From: Lingula anatina
Taxonomy: Eukaryota; Animalia; Brachiopoda
Assembly: GCA_051362555.1 (NCBI GenBank)
Contig: CM120644.1
Location: 7,758,954 to 7,822,953, forward strand
Direction of reading: 5' to 3'
DNA: 64,000 bases
Shown: positions 38,769 through 51,801 of the stretch, one piece after another
How the letters are laid out: each line of letters begins with the position of its first letter
Numbering within the stretch: the first letter of the stretch is position 1
Notes under the pieces: generated by a model
The model's input: only the letters and a program-made list of their open reading frames with translations
What the model was told of the DNA's origin: nothing
Database searches by the model: none
Made by a program: the position numbers and the translations under genes

Positions 38769-41700
38769 ATGGATCGAAATACGCCGTTGAAGAAGCGTGT
38801 AGCTCCGCTGGAAATGTCAGTTGGAGAACCAGAGGACAACATCGTGTCCGTAGAGCAAAATGGTTAGTACAGAGTCAAAACAAAGAAATACTTGTTTTAG
38901 TTGTATAGAGGGGTAGAAGTCGAATACTTCGTGTTTTACTTAATTAACTAAAGGTTAACCAAGATAGAGTAAGGAAGAGTACACTGTAGGGTACATTAGA
39001 TTTGCGCAGAGGCTATCTGATCAAAGTTCATCAATCTTTTAAGATAGTTAATAAAATGTTAAAGGGACATAATTGTTAAAGGGCAAAACGGGATTATGAT
39101 GTCATTAGAATATTTCGCAATACAGTAAACAGAACGTAAACAAACATTGCGTCTTTTTATAGTAGCCTTTACATGTTACACCGTTTTGTTGTGGCTAAAC
39201 TTTAGAGCGCGGCTATACTCTCTACAGTATCTTCGCTTTTGCTCTGCAATTTAGCTCTTTTTTTTTTTTTTTTTTGTAATTTATCCAAAGATGAAAAGTC
39301 AGCGTCATCATGTACGGGTGAACTTATAAACAAATAACGTACATGTAGTGAAGTGTTCCTTGGAAGAGGGAATGTTGCGCAATAATGGCCCAGTATACGC
39401 GGTATTTTCTTGCTTATGCAAACGAAACTTCGGTAGCCTATAATCACATCACATCACATGTATTTATATGTATTAATTTTATGGATAAATATACTCTATG
39501 TTACGTTCATTCATTTTACTCTTTTCAATTATAGTTCCATATTGGACGTCGTGTCGAGTTTGTCTTTCCTTGATGGGTTTTATTGGCTTGATAAACGTGC
39601 TAACCCTGCGTACAAACATGAGTTTCGCCATAGTATGCATGGTGACAGAGAGGAGCGCAAATTTCTTAAATGGAACTAATGCGACGATAGATGGCGCAGT
39701 GAACACCGAAAACAGTACTTCTGGCCATCATGACCAAATTGGGATGCTAGCCATTAGAGATTCTAGTGGAAAGAATGTAAGTGACACCCGCAGTCCAATA
39801 AATCATGTTTATTACCTCAACCACGTTTACAAGTAAATTTGTTTTATTTCAGAGTAAATGCAATCTGCACACAATCAGTATACATGTGTATAGTTGATCG
39901 TATTTCACAGTCAGAGCCTCATATTGACGGTTAAGCACATGATCAGTTGATTCTCAAATTTGAGATGTAACTGGCTTACTCGTCTCCTGTGTGTTTTCCC
40001 AAGAAAAAGTGCAACTTCTTTTGAATTTTTTTAATTTCTCAAGGCGAAATTCACCAAAGCGTATTGATCAATTTAAAAAATGATTTGACTACTTTTGTGG
40101 GGTGCTTGGTCCGAGAAGAACAAAACAAAATAAAAAATGTATATATTATGATTAACTAATCTGGCAACCCATGAGGTGGATAAATACATGAAAAATATAA
40201 GAAAGGTCGAAGCATTCCAAGTTGAAGCAATCTTTTCAAACTCAATTCAATCATTGCTTGGTACATATGTAAGTGGATGGAAGGTTGTCAATAGTAAAGT
40301 GGAAGAAATAATGTTTCCCCTAATTTTATTTTAATCGAATTATTTGACTTACATATTTTTCCAGGAAGGTGAATTTGACTGGGATAAAAACCTCAGAGGC
40401 ACCATATTGAGTTCGTTCTTCTATGGGTACATATGCACCCAAATATTTGGTGGCTGGCTGGCGGGAAGATATGGCGGGAAACACGTGTTCGGCACAGCGA
40501 TGGTGATTGTGTTAGTGATGACGGTTGTGACGCCGATTGCGACCAGGACACATCCATCACTTTTGATAGCAGCCCGTGTACTTTTGGGGCTGGCATCCGT
40601 AAGTTCCTCAACAAAAATCTTGCTCTGATCAAAAATGTTTTGACTGAAGCTGCTCCGTATGGTCTTCAATAATTATTCTTAATGCACTGCAAATATTTCT
40701 TGGCAAAAACAGTCACGTACATGTCAATATTAGATCCACAATGACATGCATGTGTACACTTACATTTATTACTTGCTTTGATCCTTTGAACTTAACTTTA
40801 TTGTTGGTGAATATAATTCCAGAACATGGTTATTTTAGAAGCTTACTAAACTTGAATTTTTCAAACTTTTCTATGTATTTTTTTTTCACTTTTAATTACT
40901 GTTTATTACAATTTTAGTCTAGCTCTGATTTATATAATATACATGTATATCTTAATAATTTTTATCTATAAACTTTTTCTTTATGTTGTACAGTCTTTTG
41001 AACATTTTATGGATTTTAGACTCGAAATAAATATATTATTATTATTTAATTATATTATTATTTTTCCAGGGGGTTATATTCCCGGCAATGCATGCGATGT
41101 GGGGGAAATGGGCGCCGCCATTAGAGAGGAGTAGGCTGATGACCTTCTGTTACTCAGGTACGTTTTTGTGTACAGACACAAATGTGGGGGGAAAAGGCAT
41201 TTGTATATATTAAATACGGATCTGTCAATGTCAATGTCAATGTCGGAATATGTACTCAAAGTATCTGTGTTTCCTTCATGTATGCCGGAACAATTGACAC
41301 ATTTTGTTGCTAATAGAACTTTATATGTACATTTACTACATTTACATTTCAAGGTCCATTTGTCGGGGTCATTGTCTCTTTCTTATTCTCTGGGTTACTC
41401 TGTGAGATTCAGTTGGACAACGGGTGGCCGTTAATTTTCTACTTTTACGGTAAGTTGATACATTTCTAAAGAAAATTTAAAAGATGGAACAGGAAAAGAC
41501 ATCAGGATATCTTATATAGTATGGAAATAAGTTGCGAATACATCTGTTATTGTGTTCATTTAATTTGCAGGAAGACAAATTACAGACACATTATTGAGCA
41601 TGATATGACAACCAGTGTTCTATTTTGGCACATTTTACCTTGATTTTGGCGAAGAGGTTATGTGGCCTTAAGACCAAAATGTTCAGCGTAATATGTCGGC

Positions 41701-44700
41701 GGTAATAAATTTTCAATAAAAATATTGGAAACTCTAGAAGGTGGTTCGAGGTGTAACTAAATGTTTCATCCTCCAGGTGGCCTCTGTTTCATCTGGTTAT
41801 GCGGATGGTACCTGCTCGTGTTTGACTCACCCGCCAGTCACCCAAGAATAAGCCAAGCGGAGAGAGAGTACATAGAGACAGCCATTGGTCATCAACCAGG
41901 AGAAGAGGTCAGACGATCATAATTGAAAATTAAACGAGACTTACCTGTAAGTTGAAGTTTGAGATAGATTATCCTACAATCACCGGAGACTGAGAGATTA
42001 CATGAGATATAGCAGCGCACGCGCAGTAGGCACATTTTAAAGTGAAGGAGCTGGTAGCCTGTTATAATGGGAGGGCAGTGGTGGGCATGTAATCTCTCAG
42101 TCTCCGGTGATTGTAGGATAATCTATCTCAAACTTCAACTTACAGGTAAGTCTCGTTTAATTTTCAATTATCCTACAATCACCTTCAACCGCGAGATTCC
42201 ATGAGATTTTAAAGTGGCTACCAGTTCCTTCAGAGGCAAGAGAGAGAAACTAAACACAAGTAATTGAATACATAATTATTTAATAAGTATAGTGACATGG
42301 TAGCCCTGGCAATGCCAACCGGGCACCTAGAGAAACATAGAGATCACCAACAAGCAATTAATGGTGTAAAACTCCCATTGCAAAGCTATTATCCATAATT
42401 CTCACTGTTCTATTATAAAACCTGGTGAAAGTACTTTCGGACTTCCAAGAACCTGCTCTAAGAATACTGGCAATTGGTACATTATGTCTAAAGGCTGCTG
42501 ACGTAGCAGCGCTTCTAGTACTGTGGGCTTTGAATACATTAGTATCTATCCCAGCTTTGTTCATGACAGTCAGTATCCACCTTCTAATTGTGGCGTTGGT
42601 CACCCCGTTATGTGGTTTAACAAATGATATAAACAATTGATCTTCATCTCCTCTAATGACCTGAGTTTTCTCTAAATAACATTTTATGAGAGACATAACA
42701 CATAATTTGGGTTCCTCATAAGGGTGAAGGGTGAGTGTAAGTCCTGGCCCTCTAGTTTTAACAGGGCATGACAGAGTAAATCTGATGAAATCTGTCTCAA
42801 TATTCATGTCGCTTAATTTCAGTTTATGTAGCGTTTGAGCTCTCTGTCCAGTGATTAATGCAAGCAACATACAGAGATTGAGTGTTAATTCTTTGAGAGA
42901 ACTATTGTCAGCACGAGTGAGGTAATTGATAACAATACAAGGGTCCCAAGTTTGAGAGTATCTGGGGAGTGAAGGTCTGCGTGATTTCACCCCTTTCAAC
43001 AGTCTTCCGACCAAAACATGTTCACCCACACTAGTCCCATCTATCGGAGGTAAGAGTGCAGATAATGCAGATCTTGCTGAATTAAGCAAAGAGTACCCTG
43101 CCCCTTCATGAAACAACTGGCAAAGGAAGTCTAACACACTGTTCAGATCTGCTTTGAAAACATTAGTCTGTCTTTGACCACAAAAGGAAATCCATTTCTT
43201 ATAGATTCCATTGTATTGCTTCCTTGTATTATCTGACCAGGACTCGAGGATAAGGTCGGCAACATTTCCCGAAAGTTCCTGGCCCTGGAAAGCTTTCCTG
43301 AGCAGTGAACTGCTAGTAATTGTGCTTTGAATGGTAACGTTTCCGGTGCTCCTGGAAGTGTGAGAATGTTCCTGCGTGGCAGAACAAGTGGGTGGTCCAC
43401 TAGTAGAGTCATAACTTGGGTAAACCACGCTTGTGTTGGCCAAAAGGGGACAATAAGTATGCAATCTTCGACTTGGTCCCTGCTGATTTTCTGCAGACAC
43501 TGGGTAATAGAGAGTTTCCGTTGCCGGTGAGATACGCCGGCTAGATTAATACGTCATCGGTTTGTGCGCACTTGTGACGTTCACCACATTCATATACCGT
43601 CATCCTATCTAGTCTGCGGAATACAAGCGCTCCTATCTAGCCAGTGCGGAAGATTATTGAAAATAGTTATTAAAGGTTATGTTTGCTAATTTATATGACT
43701 TATATACTTTTTTACAATAGTTCAAGTGTACGTTCATGCAAATTTCGACTTTTTAACAGAGAGGAGCCGCTAGTTTTGGTTTATCAGGCATGTAGTCAGG
43801 GGTTGATCGTGGGGTTCTTACGAACCGCCATTTTTGTCGGGAAAAATTGCACTTTTGGGTAATATTTGTCTCCTTTTTCATAAAAAAGAATCCCCCCTTG
43901 GAAGTAGATGGCTACGGGGCCGTATATTGTTATTATTATATTGGAATGAGCGCCAGCATTCCGGGACATTACCGGAACGCGAAGAGAGAAGCGCGTTACT
44001 GGATACATTAGCACATACGTAACAATCTAGCCGTCGTATCCCAACTGCACCGGAAACTCTCTAATGAGGCTAAAAGGAGGATAAAGATAGGGTTTAAACT
44101 GTGCCCAATGCAGGTGAAACGCATCAACATATGCAGCCCCAGGCTCTGGGTGCCAGGAAACAAATCTGTCTAATTGTGCATTTAGGCGAGAGGCAAATAA
44201 ATCAATGTCTGGTTCAAAAAAACCGCTGAGTAAGTTCATACCCTTACGAAAATTTCCTATAGGATCCTATAGGATTCCTATAGGATCCTATAGGATCCTA
44301 TAGGAAATCTTATAGGATCCTATAGGGCACCTTTCCTATAGGATTTCCTATAGGATCCTATAGGAAATTGTTGTAAGTTAAAATCTTGAGAAAAATACAT
44401 ATCTTATTAACAAATATCATTCTAAACAAAAGATATTTGATATAGGTCAATTTTATCAGTGGAATTGTCAATTATATATCACTGTTAAAGCAAAAATCCT
44501 TTTTATTGTTTATAATGCACAATCTTATAGTCATCTATAGGATTCCATAGAAATTCTTTAATTTCTATTTTAAAGAAATCTTGAAAAATTGATCATTTGT
44601 AAAGTAATCTTTTATGGAGAAATATTTTATCATTAGGAATGTTTTTGTACCAAATCATTGAAGCTGAAATTATTTTTTAAAATTTATGTTCAGACCATTA

Positions 44701-46105
44701 CAATAATTCCTATAGGATCCTATAGGAAATCTTATAGGATCCTATAGGAAATCCTATAGGATCCTATAGGAAATCTTATAGGATCCTATAGGAAATCTTA
44801 TAGGATCCTATAGGAAATCCTATAGGATCCTATAGGAAATCTTATAGGATCCTATAGGAAATCCTATGCTTATTCATATAGGAAATTTTTATAAGGCCGG
44901 GTTGAATGAAAAAAAAATGAATCTGGTCTAAATATCAGTATATAATTTTAATATTTAATTTATGTTCAGACCATTACAAAAATTCCTATAGAATCCTATA
45001 GGAAATCTTATAGGAATTTCTATAGGGACCTATAGGAAATCCTATGCTCATTCATACAGGAATTTTTATAAGGGCGGGTTGAATTAAAATAATGAATCTA
45101 GTCTAAATATTAGTATATAATTTTTATTTTTAATTTTTGTTCATACCATTACAAAAATTCCTATAGGATCCTATAGGAAATCTAATAGGAATTTCTATAT
45201 TTCGTATAGGAAATCCTATGCTAATTCATATAGGAAATTTTTATAAGGCCGGGTTATATGATAAATAATGAAACTGGTCTAAATATCAGTATATAATTTT
45301 AAATATATTTTCAGACCATCACAAAAATTCCTATAGGATCCTATACGAAATCTTACAGGAATTTCTATAGGAACCTATGCTAATTCATATAGTGATTTTT
45401 TATAAAGCTGGGTTGAATGAAAAATAATGAAACTGGTCTTAATATCAGTATATAATGTATTTTTACTTTTTGTGTGATCATATTCACTTATATACTTCAT
45501 ATTTTTTCTATTATATTAAACGTCAACCTTATCTAATCGGATTTTACTTGACCTTGGCTGTTTTAAAAAGTGAAAATGCAATCCTGCCTAATATATAAAA
45601 TATAATGTAAAAGTATAAGTGAACATTATGGGTATAGTAATGTCCCTCATAAAGGATGGGAAATGGGGACAAATTAAAATAATATAAAGATACATTATAA
45701 ACCATGCTCAATCACTTGTAAGGTTTAACAGTCAACTGATGTTAGCTAGAGAATGCCCTACTCCACCAGCCATAACCACATATTCAACAACTGTGAATTT
45801 CTTTTGTTAGCCTGGCACCTATTATTAGGTCACTACTCCTGTAGCTATTGTTACACTAGTAACAGTAACCGCCTATTAGGTGTTATCAGATGTGTGGTAT
45901 CCTGTCTAAGTCTTTGTTTATATGAGACAAGCAGCAAATGAGCATACAGCTATCAAGACAGTTTAAATTCAGGAGCATAGTGGAAGGGTACAGAGTGTAG
46001 AAAAATCGGATTGAGGAAGGTATGTATTACAGTAATGCATTGGATCATCTAATCAAATTGAAAATGAGATAATTAATTGATCTAACTTGTAGTGTACCTT
46101 GTAAA

Positions 46106-46175
<70 letters not shown>

Positions 46176-46920
46176 CATTAAACAAGTTATAATTTATAAT
46201 GAAGAAACAAGGATACATAATGCAATCATTGTTTAGTCTCTTTATTTCTTATAGGATAAAAACTGTGATCAATTGTTCATATTTCTTTAAATGCAGTTGA
46301 ATCTAAAAAAAAAATGACATTTCATTTAACTTTTGGTTTGTGATTTATTAAAAATTATCTATTTAATGTTATCCACAACTGCCTCCAAGGGACCATCATG
46401 ATATATAACTGAGGAAGACCCATGCAAATAAATAACATACAATTAACATGTTAGAGGGGCTGTCAGGGCAAATTTCATTACCTCACACGTTCTTCAGGAT
46501 CGTTTATTTGCCAAGTTTTCTTTCCCTTTAATTTCTTTTCAACCCTTAATGTGAGGTAAACACCATAGTTTGTTTGAAAATATTTTTTGCTAACCTATAC
46601 ATAACGGAAATGAAATGTGCATTGTGAAAATCTGACCATTTTGCTTACACAAAAGCTATAAATTTTAACTTGGGGATTGCCTTTTTGTGGTTTGGACTGA
46701 TGATTTAGGTCAAGCTGGTGAGAATAGGGAATTACTGTTTACCCTCGGAAATGAGTTTTCTTATAGTTTTTGGAACTTTTTTTGGCCCTGGCAGCTCTGT
46801 AATGGCCCAATTGCATATTTAACCAGAGTAGAGTTTTCTCCAATGCAAATTTCTCCATTTTAAAATGCGTTTCTGATTGTTCCTGTGGACTTGGTCCGCT
46901 ATGAAATATGTTCATGTTCT

Positions 46921-46961
<41 letters not shown>

Positions 46962-49900
46962 TTACAAATTATCCAGCTTTAATACCTTGTCTTTGAAAAA
47001 AATTCAGTAAACTAATAAAGGCTTTGAATTGCTCAAAATAGAATTGGTGCAATGATTATTATTGATCTCATTAGAAAATTTTTCCTTCATCATTTTGCAT
47101 ATTTGTAGATATGTACAATTAATTGAAATTCACAATGTCTATCTTTCAGAATACATCTGCATATGGTTCAACACAACTCAGGCAGAGGTTAAGAAGGCCA
47201 TCACAGTAAAGTTGAGCAATGTGCAAAAGACTTATCACAGTAAAGTTGAACAATGTGCAAAAGACTTTTGTCTGAAATTCTTCAATTATTAAGTGACTAA
47301 AGCAGTATGCTGACAATGGACATGGTCTGGCCAAGGGAGGTTTTAGCCACTCATTCTGGCAGGAGTTCAAACTCACACAAGAAAAAGACAGTGACGCCAC
47401 AGCTTGACAAGACATATTGGATACTTGTGATAACTTATAGAACTTATAATTAAAAAGCAGTAGCCACACCATTAAATTTGCAAAAATCTATAAAATAGTT
47501 CTCTAGTAAGCTGGTTGCATACCATACTGTGGAATATGTACATACATTAATACATATTGAATAAAGAATGTAAACATGATATTCTCTTTTGTTTTGAGGG
47601 ACCAGTGCCTATTACCAATTTTGCCAAAGATCCAACAATATATAAAAAGCTGTAAAAATATTCAAATCAGTTAATATGAATTTCTATAGGTTCCTATAAG
47701 ATTTCCTATAGGATCCTATAGGATTTCCTATAAGATTTCCTATAGGATCCTATAGGAATTCCTATAGGATCCTATAAGATTTCCTATAGGATCCTATAAG
47801 ATTTTCTATAGGATCCTATAGGAATTCCTATAAGATTTCCTAAAGGATCCTATAGGATTTCCTATAGGATCCTATAAGATTTCCTATAGGATCCTATAAG
47901 ATTTCCTATAGGATCCTATAGGATTTCCTATAGGATCCTATAAGATTTCCTATAGGATCCTATAGGAAAAAGGGACAATTTCCTATAGGATCCTATAGGA
48001 TATCCTATAGGAAATCTTATAGGATCCTATAGGAAATCTTATAGGAAATCCTATAGGAAATCCTATAGGAAATTTTCGTAAGGGTAGAAAACTGTTTTAT
48101 TCAGCATCCATTCTGTGCGGTCATTAAATTTCCGTGATGCTAAATCTGCCTCCACATTATTAACCCCAGGAATGTGACACGCACTGAGCCAAATATTGCG
48201 CTCTATGGCCCATACCCACAGGTCAGTAGTTAGTCTATCACAGTCCTGAGATTTCATTCCCCCCATGGAATTAATATAAGCCACAGCTGTAGAGTTATCT
48301 AGCTTAATCCTGACATGAGTGTTACATAGTTCCTTACAGAAACTCTGGAGACCAAAAAATGCTGCATAAAGCTCAAGATAGTTAATGTGCATATTGCTTT
48401 CCGTGCAAGTCCATCTGCCTCCCACTGAAGATCCACCTTGATTAGTTGCCCCCCATCCCTTTTTTGACGCATCGGTAGTAATCATGTGAGAGGGTTCAGT
48501 GTGTGAAATAACTTTAAAAGCATTGTGCACATTATCAATCCACCATCGCAGTTGTTTAATGGACTGTTGGCTGAGAGTTATGACACCTGAATAATCCCCT
48601 TTGCACCTAGCTAACCCAGCATTTTTGTCCCGTTCTAATGCACGGTAAAAGAGAGGTCCAAATTCGACTCCAGGGAATGATGCACACAGGGTTCCAATAG
48701 CTTCTGAGAGAACCTGGATGGTTATGACTGGAGAATCAATGAGCCTAATGCAGATTTCTTTTATGTGAGTAGCTTTCTGGAGGGTGAGACGGACAGTCAT
48801 GTCTGTAGAGTCAAGCAAAAACCCAAGCATAACCAGCTGCTGTTTAGGTATAGTGACTGATTTCTCATAATTAAGGCTAAACCCCAGTCTAGTGAGAAGA
48901 TTCTGTGTGGCTGTGATGTTCTTAACACATTCATCATAAGAATCCCCCAGAAGAAAAGTGTCATCAATGTAAATAGCATTAACATAGCCTAACAATCTTA
49001 ACTCGGCCATAACAGGTTTTAAGATTTTGCTGAAGATCCGTGGTGAACTGGTGAGTCCCATGGGAAGGCAAGTAAACTGAAATAAGTCCCCTTTCCAAAG
49101 AAACCGGAGATAGCATTGATCTTCTGTAGCAATCGGGACAGAATAATAGGCATCCTTTAGATCTAATGACCCCATAAAAGCCCCTTCTCTCATCAGTTTA
49201 ATAATGGTCTCCAGCGTGTCCATTTTGAATTTCTGGTACACAATAAATTTGTTGAGCTGACTCAGATTGAGGATAATGCGGAATTTGCCATTTTGCTTCT
49301 GACGAATAAAAATGTTAGAGATAAACTGTGGGCTGCTATGTTGACAAGGCACAATAATTTTCTTATCCAAAAAGTTCTGAATTTCTAGGTCTATTATCTC
49401 TTTCTCTTGCTCGTTAAATTTAATGGGGGTAGGTATAAAGGTCGGACGAGGCGGTAAATTGTCAATAAACTCGAGCCTATACTGAGTAACAGCATTAAGG
49501 ATAAAAGAATCACATGTAATCTTTTCCCATTCATGGCGTGAGTTTTTTAAATTCCCTGCACGATAAAAGTTAGAATTGCCCACCTTTATAAGTTCTTGGC
49601 AGGGTAACCTTTCTTCCTGTACTGGGGAAATCCTCTTCCTTTTCCCCGTCTGTGTTGGAACTGAGTGCGGAGTGCCCTGCTGGGGTAAGGGGTCACTGGC
49701 TTCCTCCCTAAAAAAGGCCGTTTGAAGGGGGGTTGTAGCGCCTGCTTGGTGACTTTAAGTTCTTTTATGTCCTTCATACGTTGACTGAGGTCGTCACCAA
49801 ACAACTCTTCTGTAATAGGGACTGATGTGGAGCACAGAGGTACATAATCAGCATGGATGTGGGGTTTAAGGAAGTCCCTCCTCTTGAAATTGATCTCCCT

Positions 49901-51746
49901 GGAGGCCATGGCAAGAAAAACAATGCTGTCTGTGGTGTGACGAAGGGATTGGAGGAGATCCTCTTGTTGCACTCCAGCTGCCTTCAGTTTAGCTGCCGCA
50001 CTGATCCCAGCCATCAACGCTTTGGTAATAAGTCCTTGGACTTTCTGGAGTTTGAGGTCACTGGACCTAGCAGTCGTGTCCAGGGAATCCCAGATGACCT
50101 GATTAACTTTTACCTTACATAAAAGAGGTATGTTGGCTGGTGTGAGATAAGCATTCAGCTTGTCCTTCAGTTTATCTTCTGGCAACCCAGAGGAGAGTAA
50201 GGTGGTAATAAGAGTTGCAATGTCCTCAGGGACTGGAGATCCAGTGCCCTCCACCTCCAGATCTTGGGACAGATCGTGAAAAATGCAGTCAGCTGCAGAA
50301 GGATTATCACTCTGGGCGCCCTCACTGGTAGAAGGGCAAGTGAACTGGTCAAGAAGAACCTCACAGTCCATTTGGTCAAGATCAGTAGAGCTGCCGCTCT
50401 GTGGCTGCTTAACTACAGCAGTATTACTCTGCAGACTCACAAGGGTATCAAGTTTCTTCCCAAGGGACGTGCCCAGATCCTGCACAGAAGTGGCCATCTG
50501 TGTAATGGCTGCCGACATAGTCAAAAAAGGATCGGGCTTGGGGTTTTCGTCTTCCGCCATGTCGCTCTGAAAGTGGGAAAGAGCGTAATGTAACCCGCCA
50601 GAACAAACACTAATTATAGTGTATGAAAAGTTCTGAGACAACAAACATATTCCCGTCTAATCCACAGTAAATGATAACCGTGAATTTTTTCCCGTGATCG
50701 TGTCACTAATGACCAGATCAATTGTGGCTCCTCACTGTACCGATTACGGTAGAATCAGTGAATAATTATTAACTGCGGGAGAACTACTACTATTATTATT
50801 TTAGCGAAGTCGATTACGACCATAATCGCTATTAATGTCTATTTAGCCGTACCGATTACGGTCTGGCTATAGAAAGTATCTCAAACTTAAAATGGCGGCG
50901 CCCGAAATACACAGAGAAGGGAGAAAACATCATCAAATGAGGAAAATTGGGCCATTCCAAAGAAAAATAAACATTTATGATCGTAAATCCTGTATTTAGT
51001 AACTAATGGAAAATATAAATAAAGCCGATGGCCCAATCTTACCGTTGATTTCCGATGTTAGGTCTGCCTCACGTGAAAACGTAACTTACTGCTTGAAGTG
51101 TTGCTGCTGAAGTGCCTACTGCGCGTGCGCTGCTATATCTCATGGAATCTCGCGGTTGAAGGTGATTGTAGGATAACTAGGATTTAACACGAAATAATAT
51201 GTCTAATAGGTCTATATTATTAACATGAATTTATAGCGAACCCAGAAATCGTAAGTTTTGGTAGCATTTGATTTTCACATCTTACACAATGGAATTTGTT
51301 GAAAACAATACCTAATACACTATGGGATGTTCTTGAACGTTCACTAAATAAATAATGGGCTTTACCCCCAAGGAGATTGAACTATATAAAACAACTTAAA
51401 ATTGGCCTAATAATTTCCAAACATAGCACTTGAAGATAAAATATGTCCTCTTTGCAGAGAGTACCAGTCCCGTGGTTAGCAATCGCCAAGTCCCCAGCAG
51501 TCTGGGCCATAATTGTGACGCACACATGTGACAATTGGGGCCTTTTCACCCTGTTGACCAGTCTACCTATCTATATGAAAGAAGTTCTGGCGTTTGATAT
51601 AAAAGAGGTAAGTAGATTTTAGTAGCAATGTTCTTTGATATCTATATGAAAGAAGTTCTGGCGTTTGATATAAAAGAGGTAAGTAGATTTTAGTAGCAAT
51701 GTTCTTTGATTTCCCTTTCATTTGTGAGTGGTAACATTAGAGAATG

Positions 51747-51801
<55 letters not shown>

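Larger units (their letters stand above)
43143..49583 (-). pseudogene. DIRS pol (RT - RNase H - adenine methyltransferase-like), split into 49583-48085, 44238-44063 and 43505-43143
   Basis: [17 protein letters not shown] (RT); [33 protein letters not shown] (RNase H); [19 protein letters not shown]|TQCLQKI...[11 protein letters not shown] (MT-like). Confidence 0.92.
41920..51176 (-). mobile_element. Full-length DIRS1-type tyrosine-recombinase retrotransposon in SLC17 intron 6; about 4.85 kb after removing two nested insertions
   Basis: ITRs at 51112-51176 and 41920-42033, ICR at 42086-42207, TTA trinucleotide at both ends, and gag, RT/RH/MT and YR ORFs. Confidence 0.95.

Noticed and set aside
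44241-44370. Functional link between the GATC-rich repeats and the Dam-like domain they interrupt
   Set aside because: The specificity of the DIRS MT domain is unknown and nothing in the sequence supports targeting; treated as coincidence.
44241-48084. TCCTATAGGA arrays as a CRISPR-like array next to an RT and a recombinase
   Set aside because: No unique spacers and no cas genes. The repeats lie inside TIRs with a TA duplication and interrupt pol, so they belong to an inserted DNA element.
42358-49583. RT plus phage-type integrase plus methylase as a prophage, retron or bacterial contaminant
   Set aside because: The ITR/ICR layout and domain order are those of eukaryotic DIRS1, and the element sits in a spliceosomal intron.
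49853-50593. Plus-strand ORFs of 89-109 aa
   Set aside because: Antisense shadows of DIRS gag.
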